Source: Daphnia carinata (Eukaryota). Taken from it: a stretch of 64,000 nt of DNA. Of this stretch, positions 1 through 12,557 are shown piece by piece. The stretch lies in contig NC_081331.1 in assembly GCF_022539665.2 (NCBI RefSeq), positions 5,146,001 to 5,210,000 on the forward strand, in the 5' to 3' direction. Each line of letters starts with the position of its first letter. Within the stretch, counting starts at the first letter, position 1. The translations under genes were made by a program, and so were the position numbers. The notes under the pieces were generated by a model. That model was not told the DNA's origin. It searched no databases and saw only the letters and a list, made by a program, of their open reading frames with translations.

Positions 1-738
1 CGTCACGGAAATTTCCGAACGGGATCTAGGGAAAAGAATTTAGGGATAGCATTTAATGCTTGTGCATTGCAACATGTCCTTCGCTAGGATTATACCCTTG
101 ATAAATTATCAAACAGTATAATCACAACGAATAAAGTATACAGCAGCTTTGTCAGTTTATTACTTACAATTTCCAGCGCAACGCTCCGAATTATATTTTT
201 TCCATGTCAACAATTTTATCCTTAGGCAATGTTGCAAAATCTGTAAAGCCACCAGGTTTTACCGGTGAAGGTAGACAAACGTCACCAGCTTCACTTGAAC
301 ATCCGGATTGCAACGACAAATTTTACTGCTTCTTGCTGCCTGCAATTTGTCACACCAAAACTCCAAATGGTGTTAATCAAGAGATTATCCACAACATTTT
401 GCGCGGTGAATTTATTAGTAAAAACTTTAAAGTGGAAAGATCACGGCAATTCATTCGTGTAACACGAATTAAAATGTCAGACCATTCCCATGTTAGTTGG
501 ATGATTATGTACACCTAAAGAGAAAAAAAAATTAAATTAGAAAATGTACAGTTCTTCCATCCGTGTATACTCAAAGGTACGTTGCTTATAGCAATTTCGC
601 CAACCAATCGAAATTCGACGAAGAAAAATTTTTTTAAGTGAAATAACACAGAATTTTAGAATGTAAACATGCCAAATCATCTGAAGATAATTCGTGAATT
701 TCCATGTTACTGTTTGGGCTAGTTCACGCTCCCGAGGT

Positions 739-2126
739 TTACTTTTCGTTTTCAGACCTTTTCTTGTAACTCTAAATAACGTGAAAAAGAAATTAGACGA
801 TTTTGTGAAAACAACAACTTGGTTATAATATTATTACAGCAGTTTTCTTTAAATCGGTCAGTACGGTAACTTTGCTCCGTTCCTGGTGTAATTGATTGGT
901 CACGATTTCTAGCTCAGCCATCAACTCATCTTTGACTTTAGAAATTTTATCCATTTCGACAAGGAGTTGGGCCTTTTCTTTCACTAAACACTCCGAAATT
1001 AAAATATATTATAGATAGCTGCACAATAACTAAATACAATCAGCACCATACTTTCTCCTTGAAGTAAGATTCCACAAAGCTTCTTGTTGCGGGTTTTAAC
1101 GTTGAGCAACTCTTCACGCAGTCTGTCATTTTCCGACCGAAGACTTTCTATTTCGATATTTTTTTGACTCAATTCTTCGTGGAGCTGAGCTAGCCGTGGT
1201 TGCTCAACATGAACAGCCTCCAAATTACAAGTCAAAATTTCATTTATGGGGCTTGTAAAGGAATGAATGATTTTTGTTTGCTTTTTTTTTTTACCTCCTT
1301 AGCTTTTTTTGTATTCTTTGAAGATTCATTTTTTTTCTTCTCCTTGTTAATAATTTTTTTTGCCTCATCTGCAACTTCTTCAAAGAAATGCTCTTCTCCA
1401 ATGATTTTTCCATTAATTCCTTGATGTGCTGGGGCTTCTCGAGGAGATTCCTAAAGAAAGACATAAATATATACCACTTGTACGACTGCCTAAGATACAG
1501 GAATACAAAATCTCACCTGTGGGCCCTGTTTGAATTGATCAAGAGACATGGTAGTGGCCCCTTTATTTTTATTATTTCCCGCTTTCTTCTTATTAGATGG
1601 TTTGTTGTTTACATCTTCTTTTTCTGACAGTTTAGTGGCTTCTCCACTATTTGCCTCAAAATCTACTTTCGAAGCCATTATTGCCTCTTTGAGTTGTGCC
1701 TCAAAATCATCATCAACAAATTCCTGATCTTTCTGTTTCCATTCTTTAAAGTTAGATGAGACTTCATTTCCAGCAGGTTTCTTAATAGGGGCAGAAGATT
1801 TTCTGGGTTTGCTTCCACCAAACGCCAAAGATTTCAGCTGAAAAGCAAGAATTGCATGGATAAGGTATGTAGTTCCAAAAGTTGTATTAATTGTCTCTGA
1901 CTTAATCAAATATACACAGCCTCCATACCTCTGCCTTTTCTTGGGCAGCCTTCATCTTCTTTGCAGCATTCTTTTCTGAATTCAATTTTACTTTTCCAGA
2001 CTTATTTTTTGATTCTGCTAGTTTTTGTGCTGCTGCCCTTTGTTTATCCCGTGCTCTAGAAGCTGCTTTCTCATCTTCATCGTCATCAATTCGAAGAACG
2101 GCAAAACGAGATAAAGAAGCAGTCAT
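739..2126 (-). CDS. GKAP1: G kinase-anchoring protein 1 homolog (6 exons: ~1929-2126, 1517-1837, 1295-1450, 1052-1217, ~837-983, 739-771)
   Basis: N-terminus MTASLSRFAVLRIDDD, then LKSLAF, EWKQKDQEFVDDDFEAQLKEAIMASK, TMSLDQF and a C-terminal coiled coil (VKTRNKKLCGILLQGEMKEKAQLL...LHQERSKV), all typical of GKAP1. GT-AG junctions join in frame. Confidence 0.88.
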
Positions 2127-2712
2127 GCTTCTTTCCAATAATTTATCACAGATTTAAGAGTGGTAAAAAAAAATTATCGTATCGGGTATACAGGCAAACT
2201 ATGCCAGGAATTGCAAAGTGATCAAACTTGCTCAAGCTTAAGGCTATAAATCAATATTTAAGATATTAAATTACAATAACCTGGGACAAGGAGTTTGAAC
2301 GTTAATAGTACTGAACATGCCGAAATAATCGGCGTATTGTGATACAAATGGCAGCTAGATGTCGCGACAATTTTGATGGGTTTCAGCAACCCATGACGTA
2401 CTATTTTTAGTTTACAAATCTTAACATTAGTTAAAAAGAAAAGGTTCTGCAATATTAGTTGACATTCTATAAAGAAAAAAGGTGATATTAGGAATCCCAT
2501 TCTATTTCATAGTTATTTTCAAAATGCTTACTAAAGATAACAAAGAATGGCTTCATCCTTCAATCTCTGGATGTAACAAATCACGCAAGATAAATTTTTT
2601 TGAATTTCATTATCTATCCAATACAAAACAATGAAATTAAGAAATTCAGTGGACTAAAAAAAATTTATTATTGGAATTCAAAGATGAAAATGTCTCATGA
2701 TGGGCTAAACCT

Positions 2713-2970
2713 CTAGTCTTCTGTTTTTTCTGGAGGAGGTCCACAAGGTTGGAGCATCTTTTCCATGAAATTAAAACGTACACGAGCTTTGGATTCGTTT
2801 TCTGCAATTGCTATGTGATTTAGCAGGTCGAAGTGACCAACATAGGATGCATACGAGTCTCGATGTTGGTTAGAAAGCCATTCGTATCTTGACGTGTCCG
2901 CGTGTCCGGTTCCAATATACTTTGATTGCAAGTGTTCCAACTGAGAGTGAATGTTGTAACGGTCACCCAT
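2713..2970 (-). CDS. SF3B5: Splicing factor 3B subunit 5 (SF3b10), single coding exon, 85 aa
   Basis: MGDRYNIHSQLEHLQSKYIGTGHADT...FMEKMLQPCGPPPEK closely matches the conserved SF3B5 sequence. Confidence 0.97.
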   Translation of the reverse strand: MGDRYNIHSQLEHLQSKYIGTGHADTSRYEWLSNQHRDSYASYVGHFDLLNHIAIAENESKARVRFNFMEKMLQPCGPPPEKTED

Positions 2971-3204
2971 GTTTCAAATACCTAGGAATTGAAAATATAA
3001 TTGATCAGAAAGTTCATTAAAAAATATAAATCCATTACCCACCATAAAACGTTTGATTCGTACGAAAAACACAAATGCAACCTATTGCCAGGTTTCTGTA
3101 AAAACGATGTAGCAGAAGCTTTAGTGTTGCTCGGCAACCAAGCGCTCGTCACTTGTTTCACTCGTCATTTGTTTCATTCGCTCACAAGAATCCAGAGAAG
3201 AAAA

Positions 3205-3794
3205 ATGGCTTCGTTCGTGTGCCGCTCGGTTTTCGCTGCAACTCGGCGAGGAGTTTCTACTACCGCTGTGAGGGCGGCAGATAGAGGTAATTATTGTTAT
3301 AGGTTTCTATACATCTAAAATAATTCCATGCTGGGCTTACGCGTGGGGCTTACATAATAAATTTCGCGTACGCACCGTCGTCACGTAGGCCGCCATGAAA
3401 GCCAAAACTGCTCTGATAATGAACTTTTGATCACGGTATTTTTCTTCCTTAGCTATGAACGATCCCCTCGAACATGCTACAGGGTTAGAAAAGCGTGAAA
3501 TTCTTGCAAAACAAGCTGGTCGAGAGGTAAAAAAAATGATTAAGTTAGTTGTTGGAAAGCTAAATAAAAAAATATACATTCACATAGGATCCTTATGAAA
3601 TGCAAGTCTACAAACGAGTTGCTGGAACCAAGGAAAAGCCTAACCGTGTTCCCTCAGTTGCTGACCACCGTGTAGTAGGTTGTGTGTGTGAAGAGGACGC
3701 CACTGCCATCAATTGGATGTGGCTCTACAAAGGCGAACCAAAACGTTGTGAATGTGGCTACTGGTTTAAATTGATTGATTCTAAGCCTGTCTAG
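3205..3794 (+). CDS. COX5B: Cytochrome c oxidase subunit 5B (exons 3205-3286, 3453-3526, 3589-3794)
   Basis: Arg-rich presequence, then MNDPLEHATGLEKREIL, GTKEKPNRVPS, and Zn-binding VVGCVCEED...WMWL...PKRCECGYWFKL. AATAAA near 3846. Confidence 0.95.
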
Positions 3795-6700
3795 AATTTA
3801 GATTAATCTGAAAGAGCACCCTTTCTGAATGTATAGAAAAGAACGAATAAAAGAAGCAGTCCTGATAGTGAAATATCTTTATTACTGTCCATATAACAGG
3901 CACATTGAATACAGTGCTTTAAAATTAACTATCTATGTTCATTGAAATAGTTTTTTTTTTCATTTTCCCCTTTAGAGTTTTAGTTCCTTTTATTCTATTT
4001 AGTTTATGCATAAGGTAACTATCCATTAGTTGTGGGAAAGATAAACTTTTATCTGGCTCTCATTAATGAAATTGTCTAATAAGTGCGTGAATTCTGCTAC
4101 CGTACGCATATAGCCATAATTCGAATTCGATTTACAGTTATGTTTAAAAGAATTAAATATTCAAAATGCTGATTTCAATTAGCAGACGAGCTTGAGCGCA
4201 GTTAATTCAAGTACGATTCCATTCTTCCAGTCGATGAATGTTACTAAACCCATCCGTTTTTGTTGTGCTGTAGACCACTTAAGATGACGACAACCCTAAA
4301 CCCCGCTACGGACATTGAAGCCGCTTAATTTTACATATTTTTTGTCCTTCGTCAGTTTTGAACTCGGATGATGGAAAATGGGACGACAGTACCGGTATCG
4401 AGGCCGGGAACATGTATGGTTTTTCACAAAAGGTAATATAATTTACAAGCTTCCCGTACCCATTAAGTGTTACCTATTTTTTTTTCTTGTTTTTGTACAG
4501 AAAAATTAAGCATTTTTTGCTTCTGATTTTGATACATAATTTTTCTCGTTGTTTATTTGTTCTGTTGCTACTTCACAATGGTTGGCAACGCGAGCTAAAA
4601 AGCTCAAGGCAACGAAAAGGTAAACCATTGATTACCTTGTTTTTTATTCGGTTGCTGAAGGCGATTGTCTGAAAATAGCCTGAAATATCCATTCATAGCT
4701 TGCCTTCAACATAATGTTAGAATATTATCATATTTACTGTATCTTGAGGGCTTTTAAAAAGCTGCCTTTTTAAATTCGTTTTGGCAAAAATGTCGTTATC
4801 GAGTGCTTTGTCAGTCAATCAGTGGAAGCAGATCAGGATTGACGTTCAGCAGAGCTTGTATAACTAAACAGTGCAGTTGGATTTTTACAAGAAGTGCTGA
4901 TTGTTGCTTCGTTTCATTAGTATACGCAAGTGAATTTAGTAAGTAATCGGAGATCAACTTATTTAATTATCGTCGTGGATTTTGTGATCAGTTTTTTTTA
5001 GCTAGGTGTCTATGGAAAGTGTTTGCTGTTATAATGGTTTTCAGACCTACATGGTTGGTCCTTATCTGTATTGGCAAGTAAAAATTCGTTGGTATGTTTA
5101 AAACGAACAAAAACCTATAATTAATAACGAACATGTTTACTTTTTATTCGTACGTCAGGCATCACTGATTACGCCCCCTATCGAGTCTACACATTTAGGA
5201 AAATAGTTCCAGATGAACCATTACGTGAAACTCAGTACAAAGGTTTTGATAATACAAATAAATCCCTTATTGTTTTTCGGCAGAACCATATTATATTTAA
5301 ATGTTTTAGGGAAAAAGTTGTTATCATGCCAAAAACTACCTCTGTCAAATCAAAATCGAGCACGACAGACTCTCGCCCACCCTGGAATCCTTCCACAGCT
5401 GTAACCAATAAAAGTGCCCAGTTACCGAGTCTACCAGGAAAGAAGAGGCAATTTGCAAACGTCCAAAGCCGAATACGTTCGGGAATCGGTAACAGGTCTT
5501 CTAACATGTCGCAAAACGCATCGAATAGCTACCGAGAACGCAATGATTCGTCCGCCGTTTCTGCCTGTCTTTATCCAACTGATCATCAGTCTCCGTGGCC
5601 AGCACCCAAAGAACACAACAATACTACAACTGGTTCTACCAACCAAGTCCCAGAAGCAAAAACTCCAGCCCGTTGCGTTTGAGGATACGTGAGTAAAGAC
5701 AATGGAATATGAATTAGAAGTCTTACGTGATTTAATAGAACCATCTTGTCACCAGTACTCGTAAGTTAAAATTCTCTTATCGTTCTTCCAGTCATCTGAT
5801 GCCTTTATATACGTTCAAAATAAAAAATAAAATATACCATCAGATTAATAAAATATTGCCTTTAAGAAATATAAATACCACGACACTGTTGGGGCATAGC
5901 CTATTTGATTGCGAATTTTAAGCAAACAACTCCAAGACAAAACAAACCAAAATTCGGATCGGTAGGTGTAATATTATGGAAGTTATTGATGACTTCTTTG
6001 CTCTTGCACTATTCGTCTACCTTCCGCTATTGTCATATCCGATGCTGTCAAGGCTGCCTGGCTAGAGCTTTTATCAGACGCTATGAGAGCATTTCGTGTT
6101 TGAACATCCGTGAGTATAGAACGCGTGTTATCCTATATCTGTGTTTAAGAAAAGATAAGTAGTGAAAGACGTCTCTTCCGTTACAATGTGCTGGATTTGC
6201 TTATTTATAAAAAGCACAACATCCAAACAGCACGTAGTAGGGCGGAGTTATAAATCTATTTCGGACCCGGATTTGCAAGCTTTAGCACCCGCAAAATGCA
6301 TTTCTCCGGAAATCCGGAAAAAGAAGAAAAGTTATTGACTGGATTGACACGAAAAATACTCGCATTCTACTGTCGAGAATGGAGAGTAATGGCACACGCT
6401 TCCGGAATTTTTCTTCTTCTAAGAACTTGAAGACGCTGTTGGTGGAGTTCATTCATCCGATCCCGAACAATAGGCAATTATTAAGACGAAACGTTTTAAT
6501 CTATTTGTACGTCCAGGATAAATTGACTCTTATCAAAGGAAAACGATTTACGGTGGATGTTTTTAAGTTTCAGTTTTCACGCGTAACTTTTGAATGCCTG
6601 AAATTTTCACGTTTGGCATTTACCTCAATTACTTGTCGACGCATAGTACTATACGTTTCGCTGAAACATCTTCAAAAATATAGTTTACTCTATAGTTGCC

Positions 6701-9286
6701 ACTGAGCTTTACTGCGCCTTTACTACGACGCAGAGCAGTAAATAAAATATGTGTCAAATGAAACGCAGAGGAAACTCTACCAACAAAACAGCCATAAAAG
6801 CTTCCTACGTTCTGCGTCTAACCTGGAATTTTCCTTGCCACAAGGTAAAAGAAGGTGAAAGTTCGGACAACTGCGTCATCACAAGCTATGTCGTACGATA
6901 CGATTTCACATACCGTAGTTTGGCTTGGATGCTGTTTGACGTGATACTGCACATCCATTCTTAAAGAGGCTCCTTAAACATGTAAACTTAAAGAGCAAAT
7001 ACCTCGGACTACCTTCGATTACATTACGTTTGAATTACTAAGGACCACAGTTCTGAAAATTCAAATCTGTTTCGTTTGAAGGAGTGTCCGCAAAGAAAAA
7101 CGACTTGTATCAAAACATTAAGTGACGTAACCCTTCACAGATGTTAACAAATTTGATTTTCGAACGACGCCAGGGGGTCGGCAAAAATCGTTTACTTATA
7201 TGAATTTCTGCGTTGTTGCAAAGTCAAGATTGGGTTACATCACTTTGACTCGTGTAGCACATACTGGACCTGTCATCCATCCGTCTATTAGATCATTATC
7301 AGCATTCTCAGCAAGATAAAGGAAAGCTCGTTTTTTTGGATAAGCGTTGTTCTGCCCATGTAAAATGCTCTGTCATCCGTGATTTCAAAATCCTTTCTTG
7401 TTTACAGCCTTATGCTGACATCATAGTTTTCCAGCTTAGTCATAATGAAATATGTTTTCAAGCAGCCTCCCAAATTTGTCCTTTTCCAATATATTTAAGG
7501 TGAAATAGAGTAGCGATTTCTGTTCATCGCCCTTATTGGCATGTGACCTTGCCCTTTTAAAAAGTAGCAAAGAGAATGCGTGATTTAAATATCACGCATG
7601 TCGTATTCAATTTTGCGTTCAATATTTGGGTTATTGGGCAAGGTCCTTCGGTCTAAAAAGAACAATTTTCTTCGGGAGGAAGGGTGTGGCTAGTAATTGA
7701 AACTGGGATTACAGGGTCTGCTAGAATTGGGATAAAATGTTTTACGAAGAAACTGACGCAAATGATTGCATGAAATGTTCTAATGAATCCCTTTCCCCTT
7801 GACGGAAGCTAATTATAATACAAATAACCAATTCTGATTGCCACTCACCTGCCAAAAACTTGCTTGCCTTGTGTTACTTAAACTTGTTTGTTGATAAAAA
7901 ATGAAAATGACGTTCGGCAACGCACCACCTTTGCGAGGTGAACTATTTCTAAAAGTGACAACGATAGTTTGGTGGCCATTGAACCGCAGGAACTCAATTC
8001 AAGTTGGGCTGAAATTGGCGAATGCTTGATTTGCTTTCGTTCAAGCCGTGATTTTGCCTTGTGCACAAACTCACGCAATCTTGCATGGACAATTGGACAT
8101 GACTTATTAATAAATCAATGCGCTGGCTTGTAATCCAGTTATTATGGAAGCATTGTTCCTACGAATTCGGCAACGAAAAATAGACAACAGCTAAAATACC
8201 AGTAGCCGTTAATGACGGAGTCCACTTCCTCTCACTAAATTTTCTAATTGAGTTGCGTGAAAAAAAAAACGGCAAAAGAAGAAATCGATAGTGACATTGT
8301 TGGCAATTAAAAAAAAGAAGAAAAAACCGGACCGCATTTTTTTTTTCTCTTCCTAGTCATCCGTGTTGTACAAGCGAGAAGATCCGGACCCGGCGTCCCT
8401 TCAATTTGACGTCATGATGCCCTACAAAGTCTCACTCACTTATTACGTATATCAGATATTTTCCGGTTACTTACGCACGTATCCAAAGACTTTCGTTTGG
8501 AGTGCTGATTATCACGAAAAGACATGTACGCGACATGATGAGGTAAAACGAGAGACGGAGCCGACACAATATTGCACATAAGACGCCAGTTTTTGATCCT
8601 GTGGGGTCATCTTGCCAAGAACCCCAATTTTGTTTGTCAAACTTGCAACGTCACACCGGCTGACGAAAAAAAAGCCAATTATTATTCCTTTTTTTCTTAT
8701 TATCGACGTGCCTGTCAGCTGGCGGGGTACTTATTTGGGAATCCAATGTCGCATTTCTATTTGATTGTGATAATCTTCTTATGCCTTGTTTGCGTCATCG
8801 CGGTGCAACTGTGTACAAGTCTTGACGCGAGTCGGATGACATTAGTGGAAGGAAGAAGGAAAATGGATACGATGCTAACGTATAACTGTACTCTACGTGA
8901 AAAGAACAGGCACCAGTTGATCGGCATGTAAAGGTCCGATCCTGTCACTGGGTATCCTTTTCACAATTGGATTAGCAACTGCCCTGGCAATCTACTTGCA
9001 TTTTTCTAGAGAGAGAGAGACAGAGGTTTGCCTTACTTGCTCCGACATAGAAACCCATTCCACAGTGATACTCCATCAGCTCCGGCCGACTTTTCGTGAG
9101 GGGGAGACCATCCATAAGTAGCTCCTAGTTCTTTGTTTAGTTCGTCAGAAAAAATCTTGCTCGTCTTTCGTTCAGTGCCCAGCTGTTGCCGATAATAAGT
9201 GATTCACTGGTGAATGATTGTCTTTTGACTTTGTCGAGTATTTTTACGTCAAACAGTTGATTGAAAACAAAAATCAAGCAACAATT

Positions 9287-10432
9287 ATGCCAAGCAATAA
9301 TTTCGGGTGGAGTTTGTCCGATACTGTGGAAAATCCTCGACGGACAGGCTTAGCTAATTTCCGATACAAGCTTCTACAATACCAGTCTAATGTCACGAGA
9401 TCCGATGACGATGAAGACCTGCCGACTAAGACCCAGCACCGTCTTGTATCGGATGAAACGACTGCATATGGACTAGTCAATGGCCCGTCCGATTTCCCAT
9501 TCAGCCGATCGGTGAAACCCTATTACGGACGCGAACCTTCCGTTTCTCAGTGGTCCGACAGTTGTTTCGGCTCCGAATACCCATCGCTCACCAGCACAGG
9601 TATGTGCTTCTCTTTTCACAGCTTAAAAATGATTTTTTAAAAAAGAACTGTCCTTCAACTAACGGAACGCAGTCGGTTTTGTTGGCTAAGATTCAGCTCG
9701 ATAACGTGAAGCACGTTACAAAGCTGTCTGGCTATCACGTGATCAATATTAATCCTGCAATGTTTAGACTGGAATTGTGGGAAATTCCACTATTTGTTTT
9801 TTTGTGAGAAGAAAAAGTGTTGATTGTGGCAATATTTTTCAAAACAAACAGGTTCACCCGAGCCGGAAATCCTTGAAATGAACACAGAACGTGCGAGACC
9901 TTGGATCAACTTATCAGAAGCGAATCAATCGACTGGTTGGATGGCGACGACGGACGACGTGCCTCGTACATCGTCAGGACCGCCGTCGACGACGTCAACG
10001 GACGTCTGGCGGGGTTCCATTCATTACGCTAAGGCAGTGATGGAACGTCGTGAGGGAGAGATTTCCAGCTTGTTTGATCAGCTGCACGAAATCGAGGACG
10101 ATTTGACGTCGATGAACAATCAGGTCGGACAGGTCAGCTCTACACTGCAGCAATGTAGCCAACGACGAAGGCTAGTTCGAGCACAGCATGCCGCATCATC
10201 CCTTTATCAATCTCAATCCGTCTCTTCTTTGCATAGTCAGCAAAACTCATCGCCCTTTTCTTCTTTCACGAGTCAACAACAAAGACGATCAAATTGCGCC
10301 TGGTCCTGCCGTAATCTCGACAGTCTTACCGAAGACGAAATGGCTGATATTGTTCATCGACTTTTGACACGAATCTGTGAATTTACTCTGGCACGTCAAG
10401 AAGGCCGGAAAGATATTCCTTTAATTGTTTAA
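9287..10432 (+). CDS. Uncharacterised 297-aa Ser/Thr-rich protein with a predicted coiled coil (exons 9287-9599, 9852-10432)
   Basis: Two long ORFs join in frame through a phase-1 GT-AG intron. Heptad-like segment ERREGEISSLFDQLHEIEDDLTSMNNQVGQVSSTLQQ. Family not recognised. Confidence 0.7.
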
Positions 10433-12557
10433 AAGTATTTACTTGACTGAGCGACTGAATTCTTTTAATTTATTATGGAGTGCAAATTCTTGTTAATTGA
10501 GCAACAATATTCGTGTTTCGTTTTCTACGCTGTTTCCTGTACGTTTTTTCAGTTATGGCATAACAAGTACCTGTGAGGCTGGTGGCCTGTCCAAATTAGT
10601 ACCCAACCAAAATAAATACCATTCGATGGTTGTGTCCTCAATTTTCGCCCATGACGTCAAATGAAAATCCTACAGACTTCATTATAGGCTATGCAAACGT
10701 GAAAATTAGCATATTCCTCTTTATGTTTGGCGGCTGTGCATAAGCAAATTTTACGGGAACTGAACAGGTTTCTGGTGCTAGACCGACCAGCAAAAATCCA
10801 GGATGACGTGCATCTAGGCCAATATGATCGCCTAGGCCTTTAAGCCCCACACAGACATTTTAGGGAATATTTTCAAAAAGCAAATATTGATCGGTATCAA
10901 TACTTGACAGTCAGCTCATAAGCCCTTATGGTAGTCAATAACCATAATGGCATTAACCAAGTAACAGTCACATACACACTTTTTCAAACAACGCACGTAC
11001 TTCTGCGGAATACCAAACCAAAATCTCAGCAAAATGAAGAATAGATAAACGCGAATGCAATCGTTCTAATCTGATAATATTTTGATGCGAAATAACATTA
11101 CGGTTACGTAAGCCAAGCGAACAATCAATTTCTTCACGGCCTTTAATTTTGAAAAATTGCGGTTCGGATCTGCCTTTTGAATGAAGGCCTTCACGGCTGA
11201 TAAAAGAGAAGGTAACAAGAAATAGAACAATAATAACATAAGAAGGAATCTGGCTATTTCCTGCTTGAGATTCGGTACGGTGGGGTCTGATTTGCTTACT
11301 CGATGTAACGCCTTGACATCGACTTGTCATTTCACGAGATGCAGAGCTCTTGATAACTGTCGCTGACGTCAATTCGCGGAACGCGTTTTGACATTCGCGT
11401 GGTACTTAAAAAAAAACAAAAAAACATCCAATCTATAAAGTGGACATGTTATGCGTTCTGCACAGGTACATGGTTTTGTTGCTTCTTTCGCTAGCTGGAT
11501 ACACAAAGTCCGTCCCAATCGAAAGCAATGTCCCTCTAAGTTGAGGTCGACTTCAATTCCGTTGGCGTGTGAGAGATACGCAGAGGATTGCTTTTTGTGG
11601 CTTGGTTCTCGCTACATGTTATGATATTATTTGGCTAGAAATAGAAATAAATAAGGCCTCGAAACACGCAGCAGATGGAATATATCAGATTCTGACACGA
11701 ACGCAAGAGTCTGGAAGGTCGACTACGTCCACCTTTTCGTATTGGTTAGCGATATGCAATCGATTGCCCGCAAAGATCGATCCTCTTTCATGAAAACATG
11801 CAGTACAATACGCAAACACGATGGCATTAAAAATGAAAAATGTGCTGAATAAATCAAGAGAAAAAAATGATTCAGATTGATTGGAGGACGCGGAGTGAAA
11901 GCGGAGATGTTTGTCCGTGTAACGTCCGTGACTGCCTACTGCGTTACAATCTTATCGGCTCGCATCCTCAAAATAAACCAGCAGCAAGAGGACAGTCACG
12001 TTGCCTTGTGGTGTTGAATACAAATTTCTGAGCCGCCCACGAAAGAACCTGCGTCGACGTACGTAACAATCGCGGAGACAGCAGATAGAGAAAGAAACGT
12101 AGCTCGTGCAGGTCAGATATTTTCGTCTTCGTTTTCGAAAGGACGTAGCGATCCGAGACTGATCGTCTACGCATATATATACTACCACAACATACGGGCA
12201 GAGCGGGGGTATCCAGCACAAGGAAAAAGGCTAAGCCAACAAATGCGGTCTGCGGATAGGAAACAAGAAGAAAACAGAGACAAAAAGACGCGAATTGTTG
12301 TCCGACACCCAAACGGCGTACACACACAATGCACAAGTTGGCGTGGATTCTGTGAATTGGACGCCAGTCTCAATCTTGACTCCATTCAAAGAAGGACGTC
12401 GATTATTTCCTCCACTTGTTGGAGGACAAAACTGCTTTTACGCGAATTTTGAGCACACACGGATTACTATTTAATAGTCATTTATTCGGAAACGTCCGTT
12501 AGTTGACCTTTTATTGGAATCGTTCAACTGAAAATCACTGGGATATTGGCAACGAAA

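Noticed and set aside
160..580. ORF 204-518 and splice-like signals at the window start
   Set aside because: No recognisable protein, and I could not build a consistent exon chain on either strand.
7576..7599. Palindrome ATGCGTGAT-N6-ATCACGCAT
   Set aside because: A single 9-bp inverted repeat with no supporting context; compatible with chance.
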